Of a stretch of DNA of 64,000 nucleotides, positions 15,401-28,907 are shown piece by piece. The translations under genes and the position numbers were made by a program. The notes below the pieces were generated by a model, which searched no databases, was not told the origin of the DNA, and saw nothing but the letters and a program-made list of their open reading frames with translations. Each line of letters begins with the position of its first letter. Position 1 is the first letter of the stretch. Source of the stretch: Epiperipatus broadwayi (Eukaryota; Animalia; Onychophora); contig JAQFVV010000002.1 in assembly GCA_028023455.1 (NCBI GenBank), positions 5,580,001 through 5,644,000 of the forward strand. Reading direction: 5' to 3'.

Positions 15401-15624
15401 TGCCCTTACATGCACATTTAATTTTTTAACTATTTATACTTATATTTTTTTATATATTAAAAATCAACTATTAATATAAAATTCAATTTAGTTATTATTT
15501 TAAACTGTTAGCTGTTTCTCTGTTCTCACATTTCTTAACAAATTATTATTCTTTAATATTTTAATAATATTAGATAACCAAGACTATTCTTAAGCATTCA
15601 TGTTGTGTACTAGTTATAATCATC

Positions 15625-16115
15625 TCAAAATATTTTCAAGATGTTATAAAAAGATGGGGAGGAAATACAACTTATTTGTCTCTAAATTTTATTTTAATTT
15701 ATAAAGTTTATATAATTTACACTAATGTTCAGACAGGATACTAATTACATAAATATCATATTCCATAACCATCTTTCAAGATCATTAAACTCTTCTCAAT
15801 TAACTAAAAAGAAATTAAATTCTCCATGGATACAGACTTATTAAATTGATGCCATCTAGATAGTGAAAAATCCATAGGAATTTATATACGCTTATTAAAT
15901 TATGCCATGACTAACTAGATTGAGTATGGGATACCATGTCACCTGCTATCATGATTTGATCTATATTTAATCAAGGAATAATCTGTACAAACAATTTATT
16001 CACATTACGACAAAATATTTCATTAAATTGTAAAGAGGGAGAATCTATGAGAAAAAGAAAGGAAGCTAGATTAACGAATTATTACATAGTACTATTCGAT
16101 AACCAAGTAATATCC
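15625..16115 (-). repeat. Probable 5' LTR remnant of Gypsy element 1
   Basis: Direct repeat of 8995-9445, lying just upstream (minus sense) of the gag start. Confidence 0.65.
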
Positions 16116-17979
16116 ATTAATTTTTTTATAAAATTATAAAAATACAATTTTATAATTACTTTCTTTTTTGTTTTCTTTTAAAATAAATAAATAAACACAA
16201 TATATAGTTTTCATATTTTAAATGGCAATTTATCTTTATGTATTATCTTAACAATACAATTCATTACTTCCTCACATAACTTTTATAATCATTTACAATA
16301 AAATTTATTAAGTTTAAATAAATCATCAACATGAATATGGCTAGAATTTTTATTAATACTTTTTAAAACCTTTTATGGATTTAATCATTCTCAATGATCA
16401 TCCATAATAATATCACTTTCCTATGTCTTGATATTCTTAAAAATGATATAAATAATTATTATACATTTATTTAATACTTTGTGTTGCCATAGAAACTTTA
16501 TAATATGACCATGACAAATAATGAAAAACCTAAATTTCAAAAAACATTAAATAATAATTCACACCAATATAAAAATTTAACATAATCTAAAATATTTTTC
16601 TAACATTAGAAAAAACTAATATTCTATTCTTATATTCATTTAAATTAAATAAAGATAGACTAATATCTTTATATATATTCTATACAACCTATTATCTAGT
16701 ATGTAATATTTACAAGATATACAAAATTATAAATATAAGGTGATTAATCATGATAACATTACTTAATCATTACCTGTAATCATAACATTACTTATCACAC
16801 AGTTTATATTAAATCAAAAATTTATAGTATCTTATAAGCAATAATAATAATATTAAATTTGACTGTAATCAAATCTAAGTAATCCTTGTATCTAGGTCAA
16901 TCACATAATTATCATAAATATTAAATATTCATGAAAATACATTAAAATACAAATTATTCTTTTATTTGATCATTATTCACAATAAATAATCACTGAAAAC
17001 ACTGGCTAATTGTTTTGCATAATTATTCTATGACTTTCTATGATTCTCCCTAATTCATACTTCTGAGCATAAGACCATAAAGCTATATCAAACAACAAAA
17101 ATACAAACAATACGTATTCCAAGTACTTAGACCAAATCTTTCATCATGTGTGTATTAGGTAATGAGGTTTATAATTGCAAAAGTATGTCCAAAAGGCATT
17201 CATTATTCTATCCACGAAATGATCTTTATTTTCATCATGGTTTATTCTTTCAAACACTCAATCAGTATCTAAAAATGAATTACCTATCCAAATATCTTCA
17301 TCCTGGCTTATTCCTTCAAGCACTTACAGACATAAAATCGAATTACCTCTCCAAAAATAGTCTCACATAATAATCTAATAATAATGTTAGCTTCTATTCC
17401 TGGAGCTTACCAACAAATAACAAAAGATCAATTATATCAAGATTCCATAAAAAAAACTTCCACTGATATAATTGGACCATTGTACAATATGATAGTATGA
17501 AATATTATATTATCTCATCAACATCATTCAATACAAATACTATGAAAACTTATAAATCTCAAAACTTCCTATGACCTTACCTTTCTTAACACTAAATTAT
17601 GAAACGAAATACAACACTAACATAATAATATGCTATATTTTTAGATTATTTTGGTTATCAAAGCATGAGATCAAATTAGGTTTTCACTTTATGAACAACA
17701 AATATATTATACCTTAAATTCGAAAATACATTTCATATTTTCTAATATTATTGTAATATTATAAACAAAATAAATAAACATATTTATTTTTATCTGATCC
17801 ACAAGGTTAACTGGATATTAATTGCTTGTGTGAACATTACCAATTTTATTATAATTTTATAATGTATTGTATAGGCAATAGTCACTTACATTTTATAAAA
17901 CTTTGCCCATAAATTTTTAAATATATTTTATTTTTAAATTTGACATTTAACTAAAATATTTATACTAAATCTAAATTCT

Positions 17980-20187
17980 GCTGAACTCGGGGATATTTGC
18001 GATGGGCATTGGGAGCTAGGAAAAAACTTAACACTCCAACCTCCCTTATTGTCAATGGAAACTATGTCACTGGTCATCACATGATTGAACACATTGGTCT
18101 TCACTTCAAAAACCGACTTCAAAATAATATTCCAAAGACTATCAGTGAATGGCTGGATCACCCATCTGCTATAAACCATGGCATAACAGCAGCTGATCTT
18201 AAAAACCGTCTATCAGCACTTTCTGACAGTGTTCATCCTGGGATGCATGCTATACCAAGATTTCTAATTTCCCACCTTGATAACTTTGCTATCCCAATCA
18301 TGATGAACATGATCAATCATCTATCCACTAAAAGAAGGGAAATAAATAATCTCTACCCAATTGCCTTAGTGCCATTCATCAAGAAGAACAAAGATCCAAC
18401 CAACATCCATAACATAAGGCCTATCTCCATGACACCAATTTTAATCAAAGTTATCGAAGGTGTAATTAAAGAGAAAATCCAGCAAAAGATTTTAGACAAT
18501 ATTGTTCAGTCACAATATGCAAGAAAAGGATCTTCAGCCCTAACAGCAATGGGTGAAGTCAAGATTCTCCTTGATCATATTAGATCTAATCGCTTATCAA
18601 AACCCATTGCAGTCCAGCTAGACATAACAGAGGCTTTTGACTCGATTAATATTCACACACTTCTTACTCTTCTAAAAGACCTCAACATTCCTTCTCATAT
18701 TATACAGATTCTGGAGAATCTTCTCTACAATAGGCTAATTCACATCTCCTTAGATGGATTCTACACAGATGGGTTCTCCCCCGACCTGTCTATTCCTCAA
18801 GGATCTCCATTGAGTGCCATCCTTTTTATATACTATCTCAACCCCCTATTGAGAGATATAGAAATCTCATTCACCGGAGTATTCATTCCTCGCATCAAAA
18901 AATCCTTCAAGTTGTTTGCATATATGGATGATGTCCTCGTAATACTACCATCTCAAAAACATCTCCCAACACTCTACAAGATTTTGGATAAATTTGCCCG
19001 TGATTCACAATTCAAATTTAACTCCAACAAATCTTCATCTTGGAAAATTCTATCGGGAAAGAAAGTCTCATCTAGATTTCTAGCTGAGCCCCAGGACTTT
19101 CTTGGCTTCCCTATCTCCATGGCTCAAATAGCCATGTCAAAAAAACTACAGAACTCCTTAATCAACTCCACATCCCAGATTATTCAATCCCTTTCCAGGG
19201 TGTATCTCTCCATACAGGGAAAAGTAGCGCTACTGAACATGAAAGTCATGTCCAAGATTGCATACTACCTCCCCATCATGACAGCAACAAAAGCCTTTAC
19301 CAAAAAAAATCAATAGTCTATGTGCTAAACTCTTTTGGAAAAACAGTACAACGTCTATAAGCATGACAAGGATGCAATACCATCGCAAATCTAATGGGAT
19401 GTCCTTTCACTCCATCCCCTCAATTATCTTTCAAAAATCTCACACATTAATTCATAACCTCTTACAAAAACATGATTCCTTCAATATTTCAGAGGCCGTT
19501 CAACCGACGGACAGACCTCCTCCTCAAAAATGCTGGCTAGACCAGGTTCTCCAGCTTCTCAATCAATTTACATCTAATTTACAAAATCCATATAATACAA
19601 AAATCACCATCTGGGAAGCCCCCCATAAAATCAACCCTGAAATCAACTCAATGTTGCCAATACTTGGCATCACTAATCATAGAATTACTTCAATATTCAA
19701 GTTCTTAGCATTAGAGCCTAAATTTTTAAACTACCTAGTAAAAGTAAATCTGGGAGCCATGCATACCAACTGATTCCTCCACCACAAGAGATTTCTTAAC
19801 AACATTGACCCTATCTGCCCAATCTGCAAGAGACATGATGAGACATTTGACCACATAATTCGCTCATGTACCGGACTTAGTAGTATCAAATTTTTAATTT
19901 TCCAAAACAGTAAAACTGATATTTACAGAATCCTCTCGCTAAAAGAATCCCTACAAAGTAAACAATTTCCAATTATAAGAATGTCAGTATTTCTCACCCA
20001 CTCTATCTGGAATGTGAGATGCAAATTAGTATTCACAAATCCTCCACCAGACCCAAACAGTCTATTCATTTCTCTCTTAAACAAAATCAAAAATAAAGAC
20101 ATGATCCTTTCCTCCAAATTTTTATTTGAAGAAACCTGGAATCTATTCCAAATTCCAAAGCCCAAGACATTTCCAAATAGCTTATGA
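17980..20187 (+). pseudogene. L1/Tx1 ORF2 fragment: reverse transcriptase plus C-terminal CCHC (zf-RVT) domain
   Basis: RT motifs RPISM, LDITEAFDSI, IPQGSPLS, AYMDD and FNSNKS; post-RT LFWK and SIWNVRCKLVF; C-x2-C-x8-H-x4-C (CPICKRHDETFDHIIRSC) at 19816-19869. Only two lesions seen: a +1 frameshift in the A-run at ~19302-19309 and an in-frame TGA at 19771-19773. Confidence 0.92.
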
Positions 20188-20354
20188 CAACAATCTATAA
20201 ACCACAGGATTTATTCCATACCCTGGATTAATATTTTCATAAATCATCGACTACCAACCCAGTAGTGACATTATAGACTCTTTTTTTGTCAATGTACTAT
20301 AAAAAATTAATGTATTAAAAAACCAATATTCTCCCTAAATAAAATTCTTTTAAA
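17980..20354 (+). mobile_element. 5'-truncated L1/Tx1-clade LINE with 16-bp target-site duplication
   Basis: Identical ACTAAATCTAAATTCT at 17964-17979 and 20355-20370; AATAAA near 20338 just before the 3' TSD; near-intact ORF2 C-terminal half inside. Confidence 0.88.
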
Positions 20355-23300
20355 ACTAAATCTAAATTCTATTTACTAAAACTAACAAGTTTAGTTATAA
20401 TACAGATTACTAAAACAATAAAGATACCAAACAACTGAAAGTTTTCTTCTAGAGGTTTTTTTTTTAAAAAAAATCTGCTGAATGTAAAATGCTGGATTCC
20501 ATAACAACAGCACAATAAAACTCTCCAACCCAAAGAAAACCAATTCCCCCAATTTACTCTTCAGACTTTCTCCAAACAACAAATGCCTTCACTTAAAATA
20601 ACAAAATTATAAGTTTCTTTGCAAAGTTTGTCTTCATTAGAAAACCACTGATGAAATATAAACACTCTTCTTATATAATTCACAGTTTAAGTTAATAATC
20701 ATAATAATATTTTATATATTCTAGATGAGCTCCATTATATTATATATTATGCCAATTCTGTTGCAGTTATCCTAAGAAATGTGCATAGCAATAAATCTTT
20801 CTTCATATCTTATATAGGTTTTATAAATAAAGTCAATAGTATTATCCAGTATTCTGCATGCATATCTTAAAATTAATTTCTAATATTTCTAATTATTAAT
20901 ATCTCATCCATATAACATTCTTTTCCAAGATATATTTAAAATAATCATAAATACTGAACTGTTTCATACATATCACATTTCCAATATATTTCCTTTCATA
21001 CATATACCTATACATAAATTATATTATCTACTGAATAATCAAATCATTTTAAACTTTAAGCAAGATTAATATTTTCTTCAAACTATTAAATATCATACAG
21101 TTTAATTCTTAATAGGATAAGTCTTATTTATCACATTAATTATAGCATCATTTATTTAGTCTTTTGGTGAGTTTAATAAATAAAATATATCACTTTTCTC
21201 AAATATTTGCACACTCTGAAAATCTATGTATTTATCTTTATCATCTTGTAATATACAATCTATTAAAAAAATTGTATAACAGTATTTTACACAATAAGAA
21301 TCAATAAATAATTGTTGTACATATGGATGTGTTCCATACAAAATAATACGTTTTAGAAAAAATTTATACTTTAAAATCTTGACACAAATTTGCAAGTGAT
21401 TTTATCCTTCAAGATTTTATTCAATTATCCTGATCTGTCAATTTCCTACTTTTATAGGTAACATAAATCATGTCATAAGCAAAAGTAAAAATTGACAATT
21501 TGAATAATTTTAAGTATAATACATTTAACTTTTATTTTATTCACTAAATATTAGCTGTTCTAAACCTAATTTAAATTAACTATTATTATTTTACTTCTAC
21601 AATCTTTCATGAAAATTTATAATTAAAAATCAATATTTATCAAACAATTTTAATAAGATAATTTTAATTATTCAGACAGGAAATGATTTTGTTTAATGTG
21701 AAAGCAATATGCACACAAGTAATTTCACCTGTTACACACATATATCTATTAAATTGTTATCTACTTTATAATAAACTAAGTTTATATTACAATAGCAAAA
21801 TATTTAATTATAACTATTTTAATAATTAATATTTATCCAATAATAATCTAACTATTATAACTATTATAAAATTAAATTGTATTGATTTAATATAATTCAC
21901 AAACAATATTCATTTTTAAATTACCTCTTTTCATATCCATATTATTAAAATATACCTAACAATTGCAATCTAAATATCTGATAGCAAATTTAAACTATAT
22001 TTAATATTAATTTTAGTATCTATTCTATGTATTAATAAGTTTAGCAACCTTTATTTAAAATCATACATACTAATTATTAGCATCTTAAATTTAAAATTTT
22101 AAATAAATGTTTTCAATTCAGAATCTTGAATTCATACATCAAACAATAAGGTTAAATATACATTCTACCAGTACATATAGACTTTACTGTCTATCATAAA
22201 AACAAATGGGTATTTTCTTTTATCATAAAAAAAAACGAGAATTTTAAGTTATATCCACATATGTTGTTATATAATTAAAATATATGTGAAGTCCTGTGTG
22301 GCTATATTATTATTGTAATAAAATAAGTTATTCAGGTTTATTAAACCTCACAATAAAAAAAGAAAAAAAGGAAAACTTATGACATTTTTTTTTAAGTTAA
22401 AATTTTTTTTTTTTTTATTAGTTTTATATTAAATCATACTTTTGTTAATTTATGAATAAACAGACAGATCTAACTAATTTCAAATATGTAAGAAGAATAG
22501 ACTGTTTATATATATATATATTTTTGAACAAAGAATAATAATAAGAAAAATGAAAGAGATAAAAAATTTAAAGCAATTTTTTTTTTTGTTGTGTTCTTCT
22601 ATTTTGGATCTATTCATGTGATAGACAGATTGGATATAAATAGGGTCATGTTATTTTATTTGGTCTCTTTTCTCCTGCTGCTGATTCAAAATGGATGATC
22701 AAATTGCATATAACATCATTTTCTGCATCAAGTTACTTTTTAAACATTAGTCAAGAAGAAGCTACTTTTCAAACATCAGAAATGAAAATATTTACTTTGT
22801 TGAAGTTATGTTCTTAATGGAAGAGTAAGTTAAATCCTAAATGCCAGTTGTTGCAGTTTTGACCAGAAAATGTGAGCCTGTTATGTAAAACAAACATTTG
22901 AATGTCAATCTACAAGAGAAGATTGAAATATAATCTGCTAAAGAGAGGGAGAGAAAATGAAAGCAGACCATTATGACCCTCACATTCTTTGCCAACCAAA
23001 ATCACCAATCTAGAGATAAATGCCTTTTTGATATGTGAATAAAAGTTGAATTAAAAAACAAATGTATCAATGCATATCTACCAAAAACAAAAAACAGTAT
23101 GTGATCATTTTATCCAAGGAAAGGCTACTAAATACCAGATTGTGACTTATCACCCTTGCACAAAATATGAATGGATAAAGATATGAGAATATGTATGTTT
23201 CAAATTATTTTCATTAATTACTCTCAATATAAAAAGATAAAATTCTGTTTTGTTTTTTTCTACCTCAATTTAAATAATGTTTAGTGTACATATTTTAACT

Positions 23301-25599
23301 ATCATATACCAGCATGAAAGTAAGACTTTTTTTTTGTCTTATTTGTACACACATTTTTCTTTTGGAGGTAATATTTTATATGTTTTAATTGTTAGACAAT
23401 GAGTAAATAACCAGAATTAAAGTTATTAAAAATTCAAAGAATAAAATATGTAAGATTTATCCATGGTCTAATCAAGAAAATTTTAATTTTTGTAGTTCTA
23501 TTAAAGTATCAGTTTTATTGAAATTTTCTATAAATATAAAGCATGTTTTTCTTATTCTTTGTAACACTAAAATAGAAATATAATGTAATCTGACAAATAA
23601 ATGTAGGGTGTGAGTGACTTCTAAAACTAATTATATAAATATAAATTAACTATGTAAGAATTAATATTATGGGTGACAACAGATTTTACCACATAATGGT
23701 GGAAATGCCATAATGTTTATTATGGTAGGTGCTAACCAATATACAAATCCTTCACCATCACATTACTTACAAACTAAATGCCAGAGAAATTATACTGAGA
23801 AATTTAATTACTATGTCAATTAAAAGTAGCTATATCTGGTCTGTTACATTTGGTTGCCCAAGTGGGACTTGATTGAATCCCCTGGTGTATAGGTGGTTTG
23901 TTGCAATATATATATATATTGTTAATTATGCATATTTATTCTTAAAATCTATAATTTATCAAACCTTATTTTAATAAATATTGATAATTTACTTTCAAAT
24001 ATTTTTATTTATTTGTTTTGCTAATAAAGAAATACATCTTACATATCTTTTCAAAACAATTAACTTCTTGATCAATGATGGTATGAACCATCACAATAAG
24101 AATTTCCATACATCATTTTAATTATAAAATTTATGAGGAATGTAATAAATTTGTTACCAAAAGTCCAATTTTAAAATTTATCAACAATTTGCAATTTATG
24201 TCTAAATATAAAATGAGCAATTTTAAGAATATCTAAATTGTTTGCTATCAATTTTTATATAACAAGCTATATTTTATCACGTTTACTGCATTCCATGACA
24301 TGTTACCTTTATGAAAACATAGAATGTTTCATTTAACTGGAATCGTTATTTGAAAACTGTTTCTAAAAACAAATGCGTAAAAAAATGCACTTTGGTACTA
24401 TGCTAATCAAATAATTACAGTATTTTTTAAATAGATTTATAAAAAATAAAGACCAATTTAAGTTGCTTTAATGACAATTGATATTAATAAAGTTAAAAGG
24501 TATTAAAATAATAGCAGAGCTAAACAATTTTGCACTCTAAGACAAATGATTTAAGAACTAGTCACTCCATGACTAAAAACAACTTTCTTATTCGCGTACT
24601 TACTTTGATAAAAACAATCTGAAACTTTATTGATTAAAACTATAGACTACCAATTATATGTGCTGGTAAATTAATAAATTCATATTGGTCAAAAATTAAA
24701 TCAAATTAAAAAGAACAATTAATATATATAGCATCAGAAACAAAAATATACACTAGCATAACATAAAAAAGAAATTTTCCAACTTAATAGCTATATTATA
24801 ATTTCATTTAAGTTTGACACTATAATATTTATATAGAAGAATGATTAATTCCTAATAATATCAAAATTTTAATATTTTCTCTTTACATGTTTTTTGTATA
24901 CTAAGTACTTGTGTACAATCAATAAATTATATTTATTTCAAAAATCATTAATGAATTCTAAAAAACTGAATTAGTTTTATCAATTTTATTTTAAAAGTTT
25001 AACTGATGAGGAGAATATATAAGTATTCCGTGCTTACATATATAGAATCATTAAAAAAAAAAAAAACAAGTATTATAAATTAAAATTCAGTATAAACTTG
25101 ATCTTGCTTCTAAAACTCAATCAAACAGATGAATCAAAATTATGAATTATTAATATTTATTAAAGTTTGTGTTTATTCATAAATGAATGTTGTTAAATAC
25201 TGAACATTATTCTAGTGAATTTATTAAATATTATATTATATATATAAGACTTTGTTCTAAGATAAGTTTAAATAGAAGTGGCATATGAGATTCTTCAAGC
25301 ATAGGCTACCTCCATTCTTCTGGCATGGAGATAGCATTGTTTCTACTTACACTTTTCTGCACAACACTGCTAATGATAAGGCAAAGATATCACTTCAATC
25401 TCTGTACTCAGGAGTAAGGGGGGAAAGTTAGACATTTTGCTGTTAAAATAAGAAAAATAATGATATCAGTTTATTTGTGGTTTGAGAGACCACATCCTTA
25501 GGGTAAGCTCCTAATGGACTTGATATAACATTAGATTCAGCTGTTTCTCAATTGACCTAGCATTATCAAAAGATAGTCAAGCAAGTCCATTGAAGAAAA

Positions 25600-27050
25600 T
25601 GGACTATAGCATTCAAATAGTTGAGCAGAAAAGTGAGTCAAACAAACACTCAGTTGTCAATGAAAAGCACTGCTTGAATAAATCAGCAACAAGTAAATAA
25701 TGTTATAAATGTGATCAACTGATACTCCCACACCACATGTAATGTCCACAATGTGTACATACTGCAAGCATATAGGATAACACAACACTGCTTGTTTCGT
25801 AAGAAAACAAGTTGCTAGTAATAAAATGGAAGCATCCATTCCAAAAAAGTAGAAAGGCAATTTAAAATACAATAAACCAAATGTCTGTATAAACAATGTG
25901 AGGAGACATTGATTCTGCTTTCAAACACAGATTTATTATTAATGATACATCTATAACAATGGAACTGGGAGTTTCCATTGCATCAAAAAAAGACATGGAC
26001 TAGCATTAACAAAAAAAAACAATATGAGCTGCATCCTAACAGCAAAACAATTATTGAATACTAAGGCAATTAAGTAGAATTAATGGATCTGAGTTAAAGT
26101 TTATAATGGCCTATAAAATTAGATATCTGCTACTTATTGTGACTATTAGTAAGCAGAATAAGTTATTGGAATGTGACTGGTTCTCTCAATTAGGTTTTAC
26201 AATGACTTAAGTGAACCATCTTACAATAATCAAAGAAGTAGTTATTAATAGTCTGGGTTTGAACTCTAAAATAAAATATGAAACCAGGAGTGCAAAAAAG
26301 TGGGCAGGTTCTCATGTCCTATGTAATACATTTAATGGAAGTATGGTCAAGACACAAACATAAGAAGGATAACAATACCATAGACATCGAAACCAACTAT
26401 GGTTAAACTATAAACAACCATCAGCAAAGTCTCACCAGATGGCAATCTACCAATGATGAGTCACAAGCCAGCTGTGTCGAACTTAACAGTTTCAAAATCA
26501 ACTAATGATGATATTGGATCTGCTGAGGAAATTATCAAGCCAGATAAGGCTCCTAAGCAAAAAAGATACCTACCTATGCACCTTCATGACTCTGTTCTCC
26601 AGGGCTAATATTAGCCAGGGAGAAGAAATGTTGCTCCTCATCTTGCTGTTAATAGTGGACTAGCCCAAATTCCATCTTATCTAAATTAGACTGAGTCTTC
26701 ATAGCCTCAAACTAATGCATAGACAAATTGAAAACCCCTAGCCAATGGCACGAACAAACAAATGGGCGATGATGCTCATTGAATCCAAATGTTTCCATTA
26801 GCGATGGGATCTGACAATAAATAGTCAAGCCTTTTGAAAGTAGGGCCAGAAAACTACTGTCACAGAGCTGAAAGACAGAATCAGCATTCTCCAGACAATA
26901 GCTGTTATGCAAAATGGTTGATACAGCAAGGCAAGTCCTGGACTGAAAGTTACTAGAACCAAAACTGACATAAGGCAAACTGTAAAGTACAGCCACAAGA
27001 CCCACTCATAAGGCAGATGTCACAGTACATCTGAAAGTGGTAGAAAACTT
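25600..27050 (+). mobile_element. Possible highly decayed LTR-retrotransposon integrase and 3' region
   Basis: Collinear weak motifs: TMCTYCKH (CxxC, ~25748), PFQK, an SNGLAE-like stretch (~25957) and KKWAGSHV (~GPY/F, ~26300). Slightly higher GC than the flanks; no intact ORF. Confidence 0.3.
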
Positions 27051-27645
27051 ATAAGGGCATGTGCAGTCCCTTCATTTATAGTTCATCCTAGAACTAGGAG
27101 CTATACATTACTAATGGTAGCAGACAGAGCATAACATTTGTGAATATGCAAATGTTTATTTGTCTTCATGTGTTATTCATAGATATATTATAAAACTTAT
27201 TTACATGTTTGTATTTATATATCAATTTTGCAATAAACATAACAGAATTAAACTAAGTAATATATTATAAATTATTGATATTTATAAAAACCGAATTAAA
27301 CATGTATAATAAAAGTACAGATGTTGAAATGAACTAAGAAATACAAAATTGGGTTCCACTATTAGAAAAATATTGTAAAACAGTGCTGCAAAGTACTGTA
27401 CTTTTAAATTTTAAGATATATTGTTTAAGTGCAAGAAAGAATATATATATACATACATATTAATATTTACTTATTACTGTAGATCGTTCAAATTACTGAA
27501 AAATATATTTAGATCAGGCATTTAAAAAAATAAAGAGATTAATTAGTCAATGAAATAATAAAGAAGCAAAAATGGGTTAATATCAACTAAAAATTTAAAG
27601 TTTAAAATTATTAAAAATTATGAATAATTAAAATATATAATTTAC

Positions 27646-27709
27646 CTCGCCTGTCGTTGCCACATACCCTGTTATGCCTATGTTGATAGGAAAACGACCA
27701 CCAGGAGTG
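27646..27709 (-). CDS. Pde11: Internal coding exon (64 nt, phase 2-0) of a PDE11-like phosphodiesterase, GAF-B domain: (x)TPGGRFPINIGITGYVATTGE
   Basis: Minus strand reads ttatattttcag|C ACT CCT GGT GGT CGT TTT CCT ATC AAC ATA GGC ATA ACA GGG TAT GTG GCA ACG ACA GGC GAG|gtaaat. RFPINIGITGxVATTGE matches my recollection of arthropod PDE11 GAF-B. It joins the 2289-2336 exon in frame across a 25,309-bp intron. Orthology (PDE11 vs PDE5/6) is not database-checked. Confidence 0.9.
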
Positions 27710-28628
27710 CTGAAAATATAAAATATAAACAGATATATATTTAATTTCCCTCATAAAACATATAATCATGCATAACAATTCAAGTAACACATTTTTATTC
27801 TATAAAATAAACATTTTCTAATAAAAATATATGGGAGATAATAGAGGTAGTTATTAATAAAACACAGTTCAATTAAAAATAAAAATATTTAAAAAATAAT
27901 AATAAAATAAACTAAAATTAATAAAATTATTGTCACCCAGCAATCCAAAACCAACAAATTTTAAGTATGGTAAATGCATTAATAAAATAATAATTATAAT
28001 AAAATCAGCATTAATACTAAATAGAAGTATATATAATAAAACAAAATCAAAATTAACAGATAGTTAGATATACAGTTTATAGCATTTTGGGAAGCCAAAA
28101 TGATATCTAAAAGTTATAGACTAATATTTATAATTAGTAATCATAAAACAAAATTTATATAGCTGACTGCAGTTTCATCTTAGTTATACATATACATATC
28201 CAATATTATCTACAGAAAGCTATAGAGAAGTTCAGGGCAGATAATAATATATAAGAAGATATTTGCTAATTAAAAGTAAGCAACTTGGAATTTTGAGCAT
28301 TATACAGACGAATGTTTTTTTCATTTTTTAAAATTACTTTTTGATGCTGTGGTTTCTTAATAGATTTAAAGTTTTTGAAAGTTATGTTGTATATTACATA
28401 TATCTTTGTAAATGCAAAGATTCAAATTATAAATATATAAAAATTTGATATTTGTGAATTTTCAAGTAAATCAAGATGCCAATGCATATTTTTGATGAAT
28501 CTACAGTTTTGGGGATTCCCAAAAAATGTTTACAAAAAAAATGCCTGTTAGAAAACATTATATTTATAAATATTGACGTTTTATTTTTTATTATTGTTAT
28601 TTTAAAAAAAGAAATCACTGGGGAAAAA

Positions 28629-28712
28629 AAAAAAATAAAAAAAAAAAAAAAAAAAGGGAAGGAGGGAAGAAGAAAAAAAAAAAAGGAGGAAAAAAAAAAA
28701 AAAAAAAAAAAA

Positions 28713-28758
<46 letters not shown>

Positions 28759-28907
28759 GGGGGGTGGGAGAAAAAAAAAAAAAAGAGAGGAGGGAAAAAA
28801 AAGGGGGAAGGAGGAAGAGGAGAAAGGGGGAGAGCAAGGGAAAAGAGAAGAGCCCCCCAGACCCCCCCCTGAGGGGGATTAATCAAGCTGGGAAGAAGAA
28901 GAAGAAG
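28629..28907 (+). mobile_element. Short 5'-truncated retro-insertion ending in (GAA)n, flanked by a 36-bp direct duplication
   Basis: ATTGTTATTTTAAAAAAAGAAATCACTGGGGAAAAA occurs at 28593-28628 and 28908-28943. The insert ends ...ccccctgagggggattaatcaagctgg(gaa)5ga; the rest is low-complexity A/G. Confidence 0.6.

Larger units (their letters stand above)
8995..16115 (-). mobile_element. Decayed Ty3/Gypsy LTR retrotransposon (element 1): gag-PR-RT-RNaseH-INT between two direct repeats
   Basis: Broken minus-strand frames in Gypsy order: gag start MVTRSRAK (~15228); gag ESQIIRIVRHSFPNYIEQML (14176-14236); protease-like ALLHLGNQVS (~13620-13650); RT KDGSFWLCLGAHQLN (12826-12870); RNase H TDSSGFGL...NYTVTEK...TDH...IKWSLFL...IADELNR (12027-12382); integrase GLFDTIITDLRTPFISAEW (11443-11503). 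Confidence 0.85.
16500..21000 (+). mobile_element. Very old non-LTR retrotransposon relic, split by the younger L1/Tx1 insertion
   Basis: Left of the insertion: APE endonuclease end motif SEHKT (~SDH) at 17062-17076 and a GPDGLT-like PQGLTG near 17795. Right of it: YANSVAVIL (~YADDVAV) at 20748-20774. The motifs are collinear once 17980-20370 is removed. Heavily AT-eroded. Confidence 0.4.

Noticed and set aside
19771-19773. In-frame TGA as selenocysteine or programmed readthrough in the LINE ORF2
   Set aside because: It is more simply a CGA-to-TGA CpG transition; no SECIS was recognised.
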